This document shows, piece after piece, positions 12,830 to 23,567 of a DNA stretch of 64,000 nt (its first letter is position 1; the number at the start of each line of letters is the position of its first letter). Made by a program: the position numbers and the translations under genes. The notes below the pieces were generated by a model. The model searched no databases and had not been told where the DNA came from. It saw nothing but the letters and a program-made list of their open reading frames with translations. This DNA is from Octopus bimaculoides (taxonomy: Eukaryota), in contig NC_068988.1 in NCBI RefSeq assembly GCF_001194135.2, positions 91,328,725-91,392,724 on the forward strand, written 5' to 3'.

Positions 12830-13937
12830 GCATATATACGACGGGCTTCTTTCAGTTTCCGTCTACCAAATCCACTCACAAGGCTTTGGTCGGCCCGAGG
12901 CTATAGTAGAAGACACTAGTCCAAGGTGCCACGCAGTGGGACTGAACCCAGAACCATGTGGTTGGTAAGCAAGCTACTTACCACACAGCCACTCCTGCGC
13001 CTGTATGTCTATGCATTTATTCATGTGTGTGTTTGGGGTGGGAGAAGTGGGAGAGCTTTCCTCGTTTCCTCCGAGGCTGGTTAATGTCTTTGGTGGTGTT
13101 TCGTTTGTTGTTTCCGGTGGTTTTGCTGGTACTGGTTCTGGTTGTGGTCTTCGCCTCGGCTTTGGCAGCAGTGGAGACTTTCGACCCCTTGCACCTTTTA
13201 TCAGTTGAGGGCCGAAGGCTCGCAAATGGGTTGTTTCTCCACAAATGAAACAATGTAGCCTTTTGCCCTCAGTCATTATGTGTATTACCGTCCTATTTTG
13301 GAGACGGATGTGGTCCGGGATCCTTTTTACGTTTTCTGGCCTGAGCTGGAGAAGTATCTCCAGGTCAACCCCGGACCAGTCCTTCCTCACAGTTTTTGTC
13401 ACCTCTATTGGGACGGTATCTGACACTTGCTCGATTACGCATCCCAGAAGTCACCACATATCAAGTCCTGAGGGAATCCTGGGAATGCAGACACGGGCTG
13501 TTATTTTTCGCATATGTGAGGGGTACATAATGACCTTCCTGGTTTTGCAAGGGCTCATTGAGCGCTTCATAGCGAGGTCTTCTGACTTAAAAAGCACCGA
13601 AATGGTGCCGTATTGTCTACCCCTCGCAATGTACTCGATGTCATCCCTGAGATATCTCAGCGCAGCTTCAACATCTGTTTGTGTTGTTAAAGCCGCTTTC
13701 TTCGGCCCTGCTGAGATGCATCTGAAGCGTACCATCCTTTCTCTCCACTAAATCGATCGTTTCTGCTGAAATCGTTAGGCTGGCCCAAGTTTGCTTGTTT
13801 CATGATTTTCCAGGCTTCGGCCAACTTTTCACCTTTGTTTGTGAGGTCTTGGCTGAATCGTGGTCCAACTTCGGCTGCAGCCGCTACGAAAGTGTTCTTG
13901 TTGTTGTTGGTAATATTGATATCATTGTTGTTGTTAT

Positions 13938-13976
<39 letters not shown>

Positions 13977-14241
13977 CTCTCCTATTGTTGATGTTACTAC
14001 TACTACTACTACTGTTGCTGCTGGCACTGGTGGTAGCGGTGGAGACGGTGGTGCTTCCGCTTGTGCTGTTGTTGTTTGTAATTTTCTTCTCTTGTTTCTG
14101 CGGTGGTAAAGGGGAGGAAAGAAGCAGGGGGGAATTAATTTTCATACGTTCCACATGCACTGTTGTTGTTGTTGTTGTTGTTGTAGCTATAGCAGTCGCT
14201 CTCTTCTTCAACCTGGCCGCTCTATCTTGTCGATAACCCAC
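11889..14241 (-). pseudogene. Tx1-like ORF1 remnant (RRM-like region + CCHC knuckle)
   Basis: IARGRQYGTISVLF...PSHMRKITARVCIPRIP (13451-13735) and degenerate knuckle CFICGETTHLRAFG (within 12974-13426). Frameshifted; similar to 59605-60177. Confidence 0.75.
12582..13002 (-). mobile_element. Full-length tRNA-derived SINE family A inserted in Tx1 ORF1
   Basis: Head AGGCGCAGGAGTGGCTGTGTGG (A box) and GGGTTCAGTCCC (B box); internal (TG/TA)n; tail GACTGAAACAAGTAAAAGAGTAAAAGAG. Confidence 0.92.
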
Positions 14242-14489
14242 TGTTCTTTTCAGCGGACGGGAGGTTTTCGTTCGCTATCTTTGAATTTAGCGAAAAAAAA
14301 AAAAGAGGGGGTGTTGTAACCCAAACAAATCCCAAAATAGCCCCCTAAGGGCTACAAATGGGAAAGAACTAATCAGTTCCCCAAGATCCTGGTTTGTTTA
14401 ATTAGGCAACAATAACAAATGTTCAATGGAAAACAATGTGTAACAATGAGAATAATAGCAAAACTTACGCAGCAGCAGCAGCAACAACA

Positions 14490-15925
14490 ACAACTTGCAT
14501 GTGACCTGGATAAACTTTAAAAAAGCTTATGACATGTGACCGCATTCATGGATTCAGAGAATGTGCGTGCACTGATCAAAAACAGCAAGCCTAGATGGAA
14601 AATACGTCTTTTCTGTAACAACAAGCACTTAGTCGAGGTAACAACCAAAAGAGATAACTTCCAGGGATATTCATGTTCACCATTGCTATTTGTTGTAGCC
14701 TTGATCTCATTTTCTATAGTTTTCCGCAAAGTCAACACGCACGACAAGCTGAAGAAGAATGGACCTCGTCCCGACCGCCTTCATGAATGATTTAAAACTG
14801 TTTTCAGAAACAGAAGCTGGAATGGAAAGACTGGTCAAGTTTGTACAGATATGCAGCAAGGAGGTAGGAATGCAATTCAGGATCTCAAAGTGTGCGGTGA
14901 TCACTTTGAAACAGGGGGGGAGAGCAGATTGCAGAGGTGTAGAATTGTCAGAGAGCGAATGAGAGGTTCGGATGATGGTGTGTACAAGTACCTTGAGATC
15001 TTGAAGCTGGAAGACATCTTGCTCAAATAAGTGAAATACAAGGTCGCCGTTGCATATTTGAAGCGCCTCATACTTCTCTTGAAGTCAAAACTCAATGCAA
15101 GGAAACTTGTGACAGCCATCAACATATGGGTTGTTGCTGTAGTTCGCTATAGTGCACCTACTCTGAAATGCAGACGAGCGAAGATTGAACAACTCGATCG
15201 CAATACCCGAAAGACGATGTCAATACACAGTGCCCTACACCCTAAGGTGAACCATACAGGTTGTACAGGAAAAGGAGTAAAGGTGGACGTAGCCTGATAA
15301 GTATACGGGAGTGTATCGACAGTATTTGGCAAACAGCGAATAGTATGCTGCTAATGCAGAAAGATTTACCAACAACGGGGTTGAAAGCGCTAATGAACTG
15401 CGATCATGAATAGCCAACGAGAGAGAAGAAACTCTACTCTGCATGTAATTATATCGTCAGTTCCATCGTGAAACAAACAATTTAGAAAATCAGGAAGCAT
15501 CATGAAGGTGGCTCAGCAATAGTGACCTTAAAAAGAAAACTCAAAACCTGATCATCGTTGTCCAGAACCAGGCATTGAATACCAAAGCTCAGTGGAAAAA
15601 GAAACAAGTGCAACGAACTTCTGTGGAATGTGTGAGAAGAAGGTTGAAAACGTGACTTGCATCGTTAGCGTTTGTGAAAGTCTTACACAGAAAGAGTATA
15701 AGCGCAGACATGACAAGGTAGTCCTAAACCTTTACTGGTTACTGTGCCGGAAATATGGATATGAGGTAACGGACGCATACATCGGAAAAGGTAATGGACG
15801 AAAACGGAAAAGCAAAGATCCTCTGGGTCTTTGACTTCCAGATGGACAAGGTGTTAAAGCACCGAAGACCGGATATACTAGCCTTTAAGAGGGACAAGCA
15901 AGAGTGCTTATAATTGACGTGGCAG
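14490..15925 (+). mobile_element. Truncated RLE-type LINE (R4/Dong-like): RT, zinc finger and start of the restriction-like endonuclease
   Basis: WINFKKAYDM*PHSWI; FQGYSCSPLLFVVAL; FMNDLKLF; FRISKCA; YKYLEIL; CGMCEKKVENVTCIVSVC; YKRRHDKV; KHRRPDIL...IDVA. Confidence 0.88.
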
Positions 15926-16189
15926 AACTGCGAAATTTGTGTCATACGAGTAGGTGTCTATGTTGTTGATAAAACCACTTGCAATTATAATTTTCCGTGG
16001 CTTTTTGCTTTTTATTCACTGAAATTCTTATTTTCTTTTTATGGTATGGGGCGGGTTATTTAGTTCACTTGACGCCTTTGTCAATCAAGTCAAACCAAAA
16101 AGATGTTTAAATAAGATTAAAGAAAAGTTTTCTGTGAAATGCAATTTAATCGGATTTGCTTGCTTTGTTAAGAGTTATGCATGTAAGAA

Positions 16190-17135
16190 TATTCTTTTCT
16201 ACTTTAGGCACAAGGCCAGAAATTGTGGGGGTGGGGGCCAGTACATTAGATCGACTCCAGTACACAACTGGTACTTAATTTACCGACCCCCGAAAGAATG
16301 AAAGGCTAAGTCGACCTCGATGGAATTTGAATTCAGTTCGTAAAGAAAGACGAAGTACCGCTAAGCATTTCGAGCGGCGTGCAAAAGTTTCTTATTTCTT
16401 TATTGCCCACAAGGGGCTAAACATAGAGGGGACAAACAAGGACAGACAAAGGGATTAAATCGATTACATCGACGCCAGTGCATAACTGGTACTTAATTTA
16501 TCGACCCCAAAAGGATGAAAAGCAAAGTCGACCTCGGCGAAATTTGAACGTAGAACGTAGCGGCAGACGAAATACCGCTAAGCATTTCTCCCAGTGTGCT
16601 AACATTTCTGGCAGCTTGCCATTAATCCAACTCATTGCAGAATATTGAGCCAAAAGTCAAATAAATTAAAATAATATGATTGGTAGAATTCTTCTTCTGT
16701 TTTTTAAATGAATGAAGTGAGAATTAATTGAATGAAACTCGATAGTTTAATAAAGGAATGTTAGGTATATAGAAAATATATTACTTTGATTATGAAAATT
16801 CGTGGAAAAAGGTGAAATGAAAAGACTAACCAATAACGACAGTACAAATATATCTTACTCGTTGTAAACACCAGCAAAAATAGAAATGGCTTCTAATTTA
16901 GGAACAAGACCAATAATTTTGGAGAGAGGGGCTAGTTGCTACTATCGACTCTAGTACTTGACTAGTGCCTTATTTTATCGACACCTGAGGGATGAAATGA
17001 AAAGTTGGCCTCTGCTATATTTTACATTCTGAGTTCAAATCCTTTCATCTTTCCCAGGTTGATAAAATAGAAGACATGTTCAATACTGGAGTCGATGGTA
17101 TAGAGCTAGCTCTCTCTCCTCAAAGTTCAAATATA
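16190..17135. mobile_element. Cluster of SINE family C copies (two tandem minus copies at 16190-16620; a head-to-head pair at about 16890-17135)
   Basis: Repeated ATCGACC...AAGGATGAAA...AAGTCGACCTCG...AATTTGAA...CCGCTAAGCATTT blocks. Confidence 0.85.
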
Positions 17136-17294
17136 GTATTTTATGAACATGGAAAATTTTATTCATAAGCAGCTTATCTCTAACACGCTCTACATAGAGT
17201 GATTCGATTTTTTTTTCTTTTTGCATATTTGCACACAGGATGTCTTATAATCTATTTAATCTGCCAATTTTCTATGCGATACTATGATAACCGT

Positions 17295-17676
17295 GGAGGC
17301 GCAATGGCCCAGTGGTTAGGGCAGCGGATTCGCGGTTATAGGATCGCGGTTTCGATTCCCAGACTGGGCGTTATGAGTGTTTATTGAAAGAAAACACCTA
17401 AAGCACCACGAGGCTCCAGCAGGGGATGGTGGCGAACCCTGCTGTACTCTTCACCACAACTTTCTCTCACTCTTACTTCCTGTTTCTGTTGTGCCTGTAA
17501 TTCAAAGGGCCAGCCTTGTCACACTGTGTCACGCTGAATATCCCCGAGAACTACGTTAAGGGTACACGTGTCTGTGGAGTGCTCAGCCACTTGCACGTTA
17601 ACTTCACGAGCAGGCTGTTCCGTTGATCTGATCAACTGGAACCCTCGACGTCGTAAGCGGAGTGCCAACAATAACA
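17295..17676 (+). mobile_element. Full-length young SINE family B with TSD
   Basis: A box TGGCCCAGTGG, B box GTTTCGATTCCC, (AAC) tail; flanks ACTATGATAACCGT (17281-94) and ACTATGATAACCAT (17677-90) form a 14-bp TSD with one mismatch. Confidence 0.93.
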
Positions 17677-18714
17677 ACTATGATAACCATAATTGTTTCG
17701 TTTGGCTGCGACTTGAAATTTTTAGTTACTTTCTTCTAAATTTTATTTTTATTTATTTTTATTTTTTTTACATGTTCTTACTGAAAATGTACCGTTCTGG
17801 TTTTATTTCATCTCCGCCTACTCGTCACAGTACAGATGTGTTGGGAAGAGGGCTTTAGTCTCTGGTTCACTGCCTCGTGTTCATCGATTTTTAAGACTGA
17901 GCACGAGACAACTGTTCCAACTATCCTCCGATGCTGTAAGAGATGGTGCAACTAGTGGAGCAGTGGGTCAGCAGCAGTCGGTACCCGCTTTTATCGTTGA
18001 TGCTGATTTTACTCACTTTTTCTTTAGTATTGCAGCTTCCTAAGGCTGAGAACCTTCACGTGGCACAAGTATAACAGCTTAACCTGTTTTGTACATCTAA
18101 TCCCATTGGTCGTGTTTTGGTACTTTTTTTTTTTCACTCACGACTGGGCGCAATTTTGAAATGGCACTATAGTCTTGACAGGTCATAAAGATTTGCAAGT
18201 CCACGTTGATCAATCCATCTCCGAGCACATGTATATCATCGCCCTTTCGCTTACCAGAGCTCTACTAGTCATTAACAATACCACAAGCTGTCATTCTTGT
18301 GTTACGTCGACCCATCTATTGTGGTACAAGTCAAGAGCCAGGATGAATTTTACTATTTCAGCCTACCATTTAGTTTCATCTTTAGTCTCGAAAAGCAGTC
18401 AGACGCTACAGTAAGATTTACCTCACTCAATAATCACAGTACTGCACCTTACATCAGTGAGTGGTTTTCTTTTAACCTGTCTTTTAAAGACATACAACAA
18501 CACACTCTTTTCTTTGTGATACGTCATCTTTCTCCTTATTCACTTTTAGATATACTTTCAGTCGGGTTTCTTCTTGATAGATCTCTTCAAACTTTGCACC
18601 TCTTACAGAATGTGTGAGAATACGTTTTACACGAGTCTTTCCTCACCTGTGTATGTGTATGTGTATGTATCTGTATGAATGAAGTTGTTTATTGTTGTTA
18701 TTATTGTTATCGTT

Positions 18715-19655
18715 ACTAAACGAGTCGTTGTTATTGGTTTGAAATTTTGGCACAAAACCAGCGACTTCGGGGTGTGGGGTAAGTCGGTTACATCAACCCC
18801 AGTGCTCAACTGGTACTTACTTTATCGACCCCGAAAGGTTGACCGGTAAAGTCGACCTCGGCGGAATTTGAACTCAGAATGTTCAGACGAATGAAGTGCC
18901 GCTAAGCATTTTGCCAGCTCGCCGCTTTATATCATTATTGCTAACATTCGTACCAAAAACAGAAGAATCAAAAATACATATTTTTTTGTTCTTTTTTTTT
19001 CTATCTTTAACAAAATTTTTGTTCAACTTTAGGTTCTGTGTTAGCTTTGCTCAAAAGCTAAAGCTATTGTTTGATTTAGGGAAGTGTCTCACCTGGATTT
19101 TTTTGTTGCATGTCGGCTTGCGAAGTATTAAAGGTCTTTAATTTTTAATTTATTTTATTTTACTTATTTATTTGTTAAATACGACTAAACAAAAGAGAAA
19201 CTTCTGGACTTCTTTTCAATAATTCCGCGCGATATAACATTTAAATGATAATCTAACATTTTTTGTAATCAACAAAAATGTAATCCATAAACCAGAGCAA
19301 AAGTAAGCGTGTCTTTCCAGGGCACGAAGCAACAACAATAATAATGATAATGGCTTCAAATTTTGCCACAAGGGCAGCAATTTTGGGGGAGGGGATAATT
19401 CGATTACATCGACCCCAGTGCTGAACGAGTCATTATTATTAGTTTGAAATTTTGGCACAAAGCTAGCGACTTCGGGGTGTGGGGTAACTCGGTTACATCA
19501 ACCCCAGTGCTCAACTGGTATTTAATTTATCGACTCCGTAAAGATGAAAAAGCAAAGTCGACCTCAGCAGAATTTGAACGTACAACGTATCGAAGGGCGA
19601 AATACCGCTAAGCATTTCGTCCAGTGTATTAACGGTTCTGTCAGTTCGCTACCTT
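18715..19655 (-). mobile_element. SINE family C copies (18715-18925, partial 19345-19425, 19440-19655)
   Basis: Near-identical blocks AAATTTTGGCACAAA..AGCGACTTCGGGGTGTGGGGTAA..CGGTTACATCAACCCCAGTGCTCAACTGGTA. Confidence 0.88.
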
Positions 19656-19729
19656 AAATAATGATAATAAAAATACATAATAATAATGGTAATCTTCAAG
19701 TTTAGGAAGATAAAAAAATAAATAAAAAT

Positions 19730-19897
19730 ATTCAAGGGAAATAACTGAACGACTTACCAGTATTATCCGTTTTCTTCTAGCGGTTTATAAATAAATCACA
19801 CCCTAACCCTAACGTCAATCAAATCACGTGTGTGATTTATTTATAAACAGAGATGTACGGAGAATACTGGTAAGACGTTCAGTTACTTCCCTTGAAT
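19730..19897. mobile_element. 168-bp fold-back MITE with a CCCTAA core
   Basis: 41-bp TIRs ATTCAAGGGAAATAACTGAACGACTTACCAGTATTATCCGT (3 mismatches between arms); inner 18-bp IR TTTATAAATAAATCACAC / GTGTGATTTATTTATAAA; CCCTAACCCTAAC at 19801-13. TSD not resolved. Confidence 0.8.
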
Positions 19898-19933
19898 TTT
19901 TTTTTTTTAATCCCCCTAAACTTGAAGATGACC

Positions 19934-19959
<26 letters not shown>

Positions 19960-19965
<6 letters not shown>

Positions 19966-20590
19966 CCTTTTTACAATATGCATAAGGCCCGAAATTTGTG
20001 GGGAGGGGACCCCAGTGTGTCACTAGTATTTAATTTATCGACCCTGAAAGGATGAAAAGTAATGTCGACCTCGGTAGAACGTTAGGACGGACGAAATGCT
20101 GCCAAGCATTGTGTCCGGCGTGCTAACGATTCTGCCAGCTTGCAGCCTCAATAATAATAATAATAATAATAATTCTTTCTACTATAGGCAAAAGAATCTG
20201 AAATCTTGATTGAGAGGGCTAGTCGACGCCAGTACTTGACTGGTATTTATTCCACCAACCCCGAAAGGATGAAAAACAACGTCGAACTCGACAAAATTTG
20301 AATTCTAATCGCAAAGGCAAACAAAATACCGTTAGGCATTTTGTCCGGCATGCTAACAATTCTGCCAGCTTCCCACCTCAAGCAATAGTAATGATGATAA
20401 TAATGCCTTCTGATTTAGACACAAGGCCAACAATTTTAAGAGGTGGAGATTACTTGACTAATACTTTATTTTATCGACTCCTAAACAAAGAAAGGTAGAG
20501 CTGATTTCAGTGAGAGTGAACTCAAAATCTAAAGAACCGAAACAAAACATTTTTTCCGGTATTCCAACGATTCTGCTAACTCAGGTGCAA
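19960..20590 (-). mobile_element. Three tandem SINE family C copies separated by (AAT)n
   Basis: Copies at about 19960-20150, 20175-20380 and 20410-20590. Confidence 0.85.
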
Positions 20591-20824
20591 GGTTTGAAAT
20601 TTGAGATCGGAGATATTCTAATACATCGCTTCAAATTGTATTTTTTCGACCGCAAGTGAATAAAAGACGAAGTTGAAGTTGGCATTTGAGACTCAGTACG
20701 TGTTACATAACTCTGAAAGCGAAATATTTTTATGTACGGTGAGGGAGCATACAAACGGGAATAGGTGTTATAGAGCTGTCCCAATTCGCAGGGTTTCTAA
20801 GGAGTCTAAATCACCGATATACTC

Positions 20825-21215
20825 TCCCTGAACGGGATTCGTGGCAGGGTTGCTCAGTTACAGCTGAGCGGACTATAACAACGTGAAATGAAGTACTATT
20901 CTATATTTTTGAGATGAGGAATTATGTACATTATTTACAATGGCTGGAAAGGTGTCCTCACCTTGTTTGTTGTTACCACAACGTTTCGGCTGATGTACTC
21001 TCCAGAACACTTGATGAAAGCTGGAGAGTACATCAGCCGAAACATTGTGTTAACAACAAACAAGGTGAGGACACCTTTCCAGCCATTGTAAATAATGTGA
21101 AATGAAATATTTTGCTCCAGAACAAAGCGCATCGCCCTGATCCAGAATCGAAAACGCAATCTTGTGATCGTATGCGTGCAACACACTTAATCACTACGCC
21201 ACGCGCTTTCACACA
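20825..21215 (-). mobile_element. SINE family D split by a later insertion
   Basis: Left half GGCAGGGTTGCTCAGTTACAGCTGAGCGGACT...CAACGTGAAATGAAG; right half GTGAAATGAAATATTTTGCTC...GAATCGAAA...CCACGCG; compare the uninterrupted copy at 52612-52780. Confidence 0.75.
20896..21096. mobile_element. Penelope-like element end fragment forming an inverted repeat, with a degenerate hammerhead core
   Basis: Arms 20928-21005 and 21021-21098 (76/78 complementary) around a 15-nt loop; TGATGA-A-AGCTG...CAGCC-GAAAC at 21012-21043; 13-bp TSD GTGAAATGAA(G/A)TA at 20883-95 and 21097-109. Confidence 0.65.
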
Positions 21216-21657
21216 AGATGTCATAAGTTATCTATTTAAGTAGTGCTTAATCACTTACTTTAATATTTTGTAAATCATCTATTTAAAGATGTCCTTCTAG
21301 TAATTCTTTGCCCATGAGGTGTTCAGGTTCAAACGTAACAGAACTCTTTTCTTCACAGAGACATTAATGTACCTCAATCTGTTCTTATATTTGTTTAACC
21401 CTTTGCCTGTGCTGTGCATCACATGCAATACACAGGACATATATCCCAGGTGTTCATGCATCGTATATGATACACATTCACAATTTTTTTCAAACACCAG
21501 AGTAATCGGGACTTATTACTCACAGCGTATGAAACAATGGATAAAACAAGCACGGACGTTTAGAACAAACTTATGAAAATTCTCTGGAGAAGCAAAAGGT
21601 TACATTTTGTACTGTTTTAATGTTTTTATTTGATTATTTTTGTTCAGAATTTGCTTG

Positions 21658-21864
21658 TTATTTAGTTATCGAGGTCGACCAATTAACTTTCTGTCCCTCA
21701 AGTGTGGAAAGTGATTTCTCCAAATATTTCAATGTTTTACGAATTCTATTAATAACATGATTTATGGCATAAAGAAGTCTTTCATCTAAAATCTCACAAA
21801 GACTGAAATGTTTCCGATGTAAGGTGTTGAAATATTCATGCGTTTCCCTTAATAACATTTGCCG
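21658..21864 (-). pseudogene. Candidate terminal exon resembling a HECT E3 ligase C-terminus, with Tyr at the catalytic Cys position
   Basis: Acceptor TTTCATTTCATTTAAG|, then RQMLLRETHEYFNTLHRKHFSLCEILDERLLYAINH...*, in register with the HECT consensus LPxxHTCFNxLxLPxYxxxExLxE(K/R)LxxAI; AATAAA about 30 nt after the stop. Manual motif match only. Confidence 0.5.
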
Positions 21865-22776
21865 CTTAAATGAAATGAAATAGCTCCAGCTAAGAATTAA
21901 AACGGTGTTTTTGAGGATTTGTTTAGCTCAGAAATGATTTCTTTCAATGTTATCCTTCACAAAATTGACAAGGCAGAAGACCTGGCTTTTTAAGAAAGGT
22001 AAATCAATCAATTGCAGTGATACTCGTGTCTTCCTCAGGTACATTGCTGGTGTAAGTAAAAGAAACATAGTTTCGAAAGAGTATCTAAATCGTATCATAA
22101 ACTCACCAGACTGTAGGAAGTGACTGTTAGCACCTAATTAATTTATTCTAAATTACTTGCTTCATTTAAGAATATGATATCACGCTTGGATGAAAATGCA
22201 TAAGACAATATAAAACTATGAAAATATAGTAATTTTATAGTAAGTATTTCTGTGTGTGTGTGTGTGTGTGTGATAGACCCGAGTTTCATATTATACTTAT
22301 TTAAAATACAAACAGACACGTGTTTTATATTTTACAACTGTATTTCTATATGGTGGAATAATACTAGGCAAAAACTTAAAAATCAAACTTTTATGATGTA
22401 CCTAAATATAATTGATGCAATCGGATTCCACGTGATATAATATTTTAAAATTATGCAGTTAGATATAGAAAATGATACAATTATATTGCATATTAAGATG
22501 ATAAAATCCTCATTTATACGATATTGCAATTGTGTTTTCTATAATATTAAATATCATACAATATTATCATTATATTTATAAATTACACAATTATTTTTAT
22601 AATATAATACATGCAATCGTACATTATTGAAACAATGAATTATGCAATATGCAATAACTATATATACACATTTTACATGTACAAAATATTACATACTTAT
22701 ATTTATAAATTGTATAATTGTTTTAATAATATCATCCAATTATTTTGCTTATATTATTCTTGTTTTATTTATTTAA

Positions 22777-22993
22777 CCCTTTTTATACCATCCCGTTTGA
22801 GGCTGCTCTTGATTCTATGGTACACACTTTATTTTCAAGTCATCTAAATAAAAACCTTCGGTCAAAACTTCATAATTTATGTTACTAACATTAGCTTAAT
22901 AATGACAAAGTTATTTCAATAAATTTTTCATTATTTTAAAAATTAATTGACATAACAGCTGTGTATTTCGGCAGAAGTATGTTAACAAAAGGA
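22777..22993. mobile_element. piggyBac-like MITE
   Basis: TTAA|CCCTTTTTATACC at the left end; degenerate GTTAACAAAAGGA|TTTA at the right end. Confidence 0.6.
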
Positions 22994-23014
22994 TTTAGAA
23001 TATAAGAAACTCAC

Positions 23015-23149
23015 CAATTTAGTTTTCAAACGTTAATCCTAAATCCTCTGAATCTGTTTCCAGTGCTCTTTAAGTTCCTCTTAGTAATAATATTATCCTG
23101 ACTAACCTTCCGCTTAGTTAAGAAGACCTTTGTCTTCTGACAGTAAACG
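23015..23149 (-). pseudogene. Candidate decayed internal HECT-like exon
   Basis: AG and GTGAGT boundaries enclosing 135 nt; one frame gives ALETDSEDLGLTFEN*, similar to the HECT (I/L)L(E/D)xDxxDLxLTF segment; all three frames contain stops. Confidence 0.35.
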
Positions 23150-23298
23150 CTAAAATTGAGACAATTAAAAATAGCAATTCCGTTTACAAGAGAAACTCTT
23201 GAAGTTGAATTTGTCATTTGGGACTCTTTTTCGTCACTCGCCTTAAATTAACAATCTTCCAATTTTCTTTGGCCGCCGGAGTATATATATATGTGTGT

Positions 23299-23348
<50 letters not shown>

Positions 23349-23521
23349 AAACAAATACCGGAGTACTCAATGCATGTTGTAATATATACGGTTTCTTTAA
23401 ACTGAATATATATCTCTGGACGTCAGTTTCAAGGTACTGCAAACTTATGTACGTATGTATGTGTTTATATATATGTGTGTGTGTGTGTGTATGTGTGTGT
23501 GTGTGTGTATGCACGTATGTA

Positions 23522-23567
<46 letters not shown>

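Larger units (their letters stand above)
9590..14290 (-). mobile_element. Near full-length, decayed Tx1-like (L1-group) non-LTR retrotransposon
   Basis: ORF1 remnants followed by ORF2 remnants on the minus strand (next two entries); interrupted by a SINE at 12582-13002; the 3' end abuts an N-gap. Confidence 0.9.

Noticed and set aside
13802-14236. Poly-Leu/Val membrane-protein-like ORF on the plus strand
   Set aside because: It is the antisense reading of the trinucleotide tract at the Tx1 5' end.
17295-17370. tRNA gene (also the other A/B-box heads)
   Set aside because: The heads continue into SINE cores and tails, occur as many diverged copies, and I could not fold a complete cloverleaf.
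21928-21930. Selenocysteine or read-through at the single TGA in the 22044-21658 frame
   Set aside because: No SECIS-like structure was recognised downstream; a short intron or pseudogene stop is the simpler explanation.
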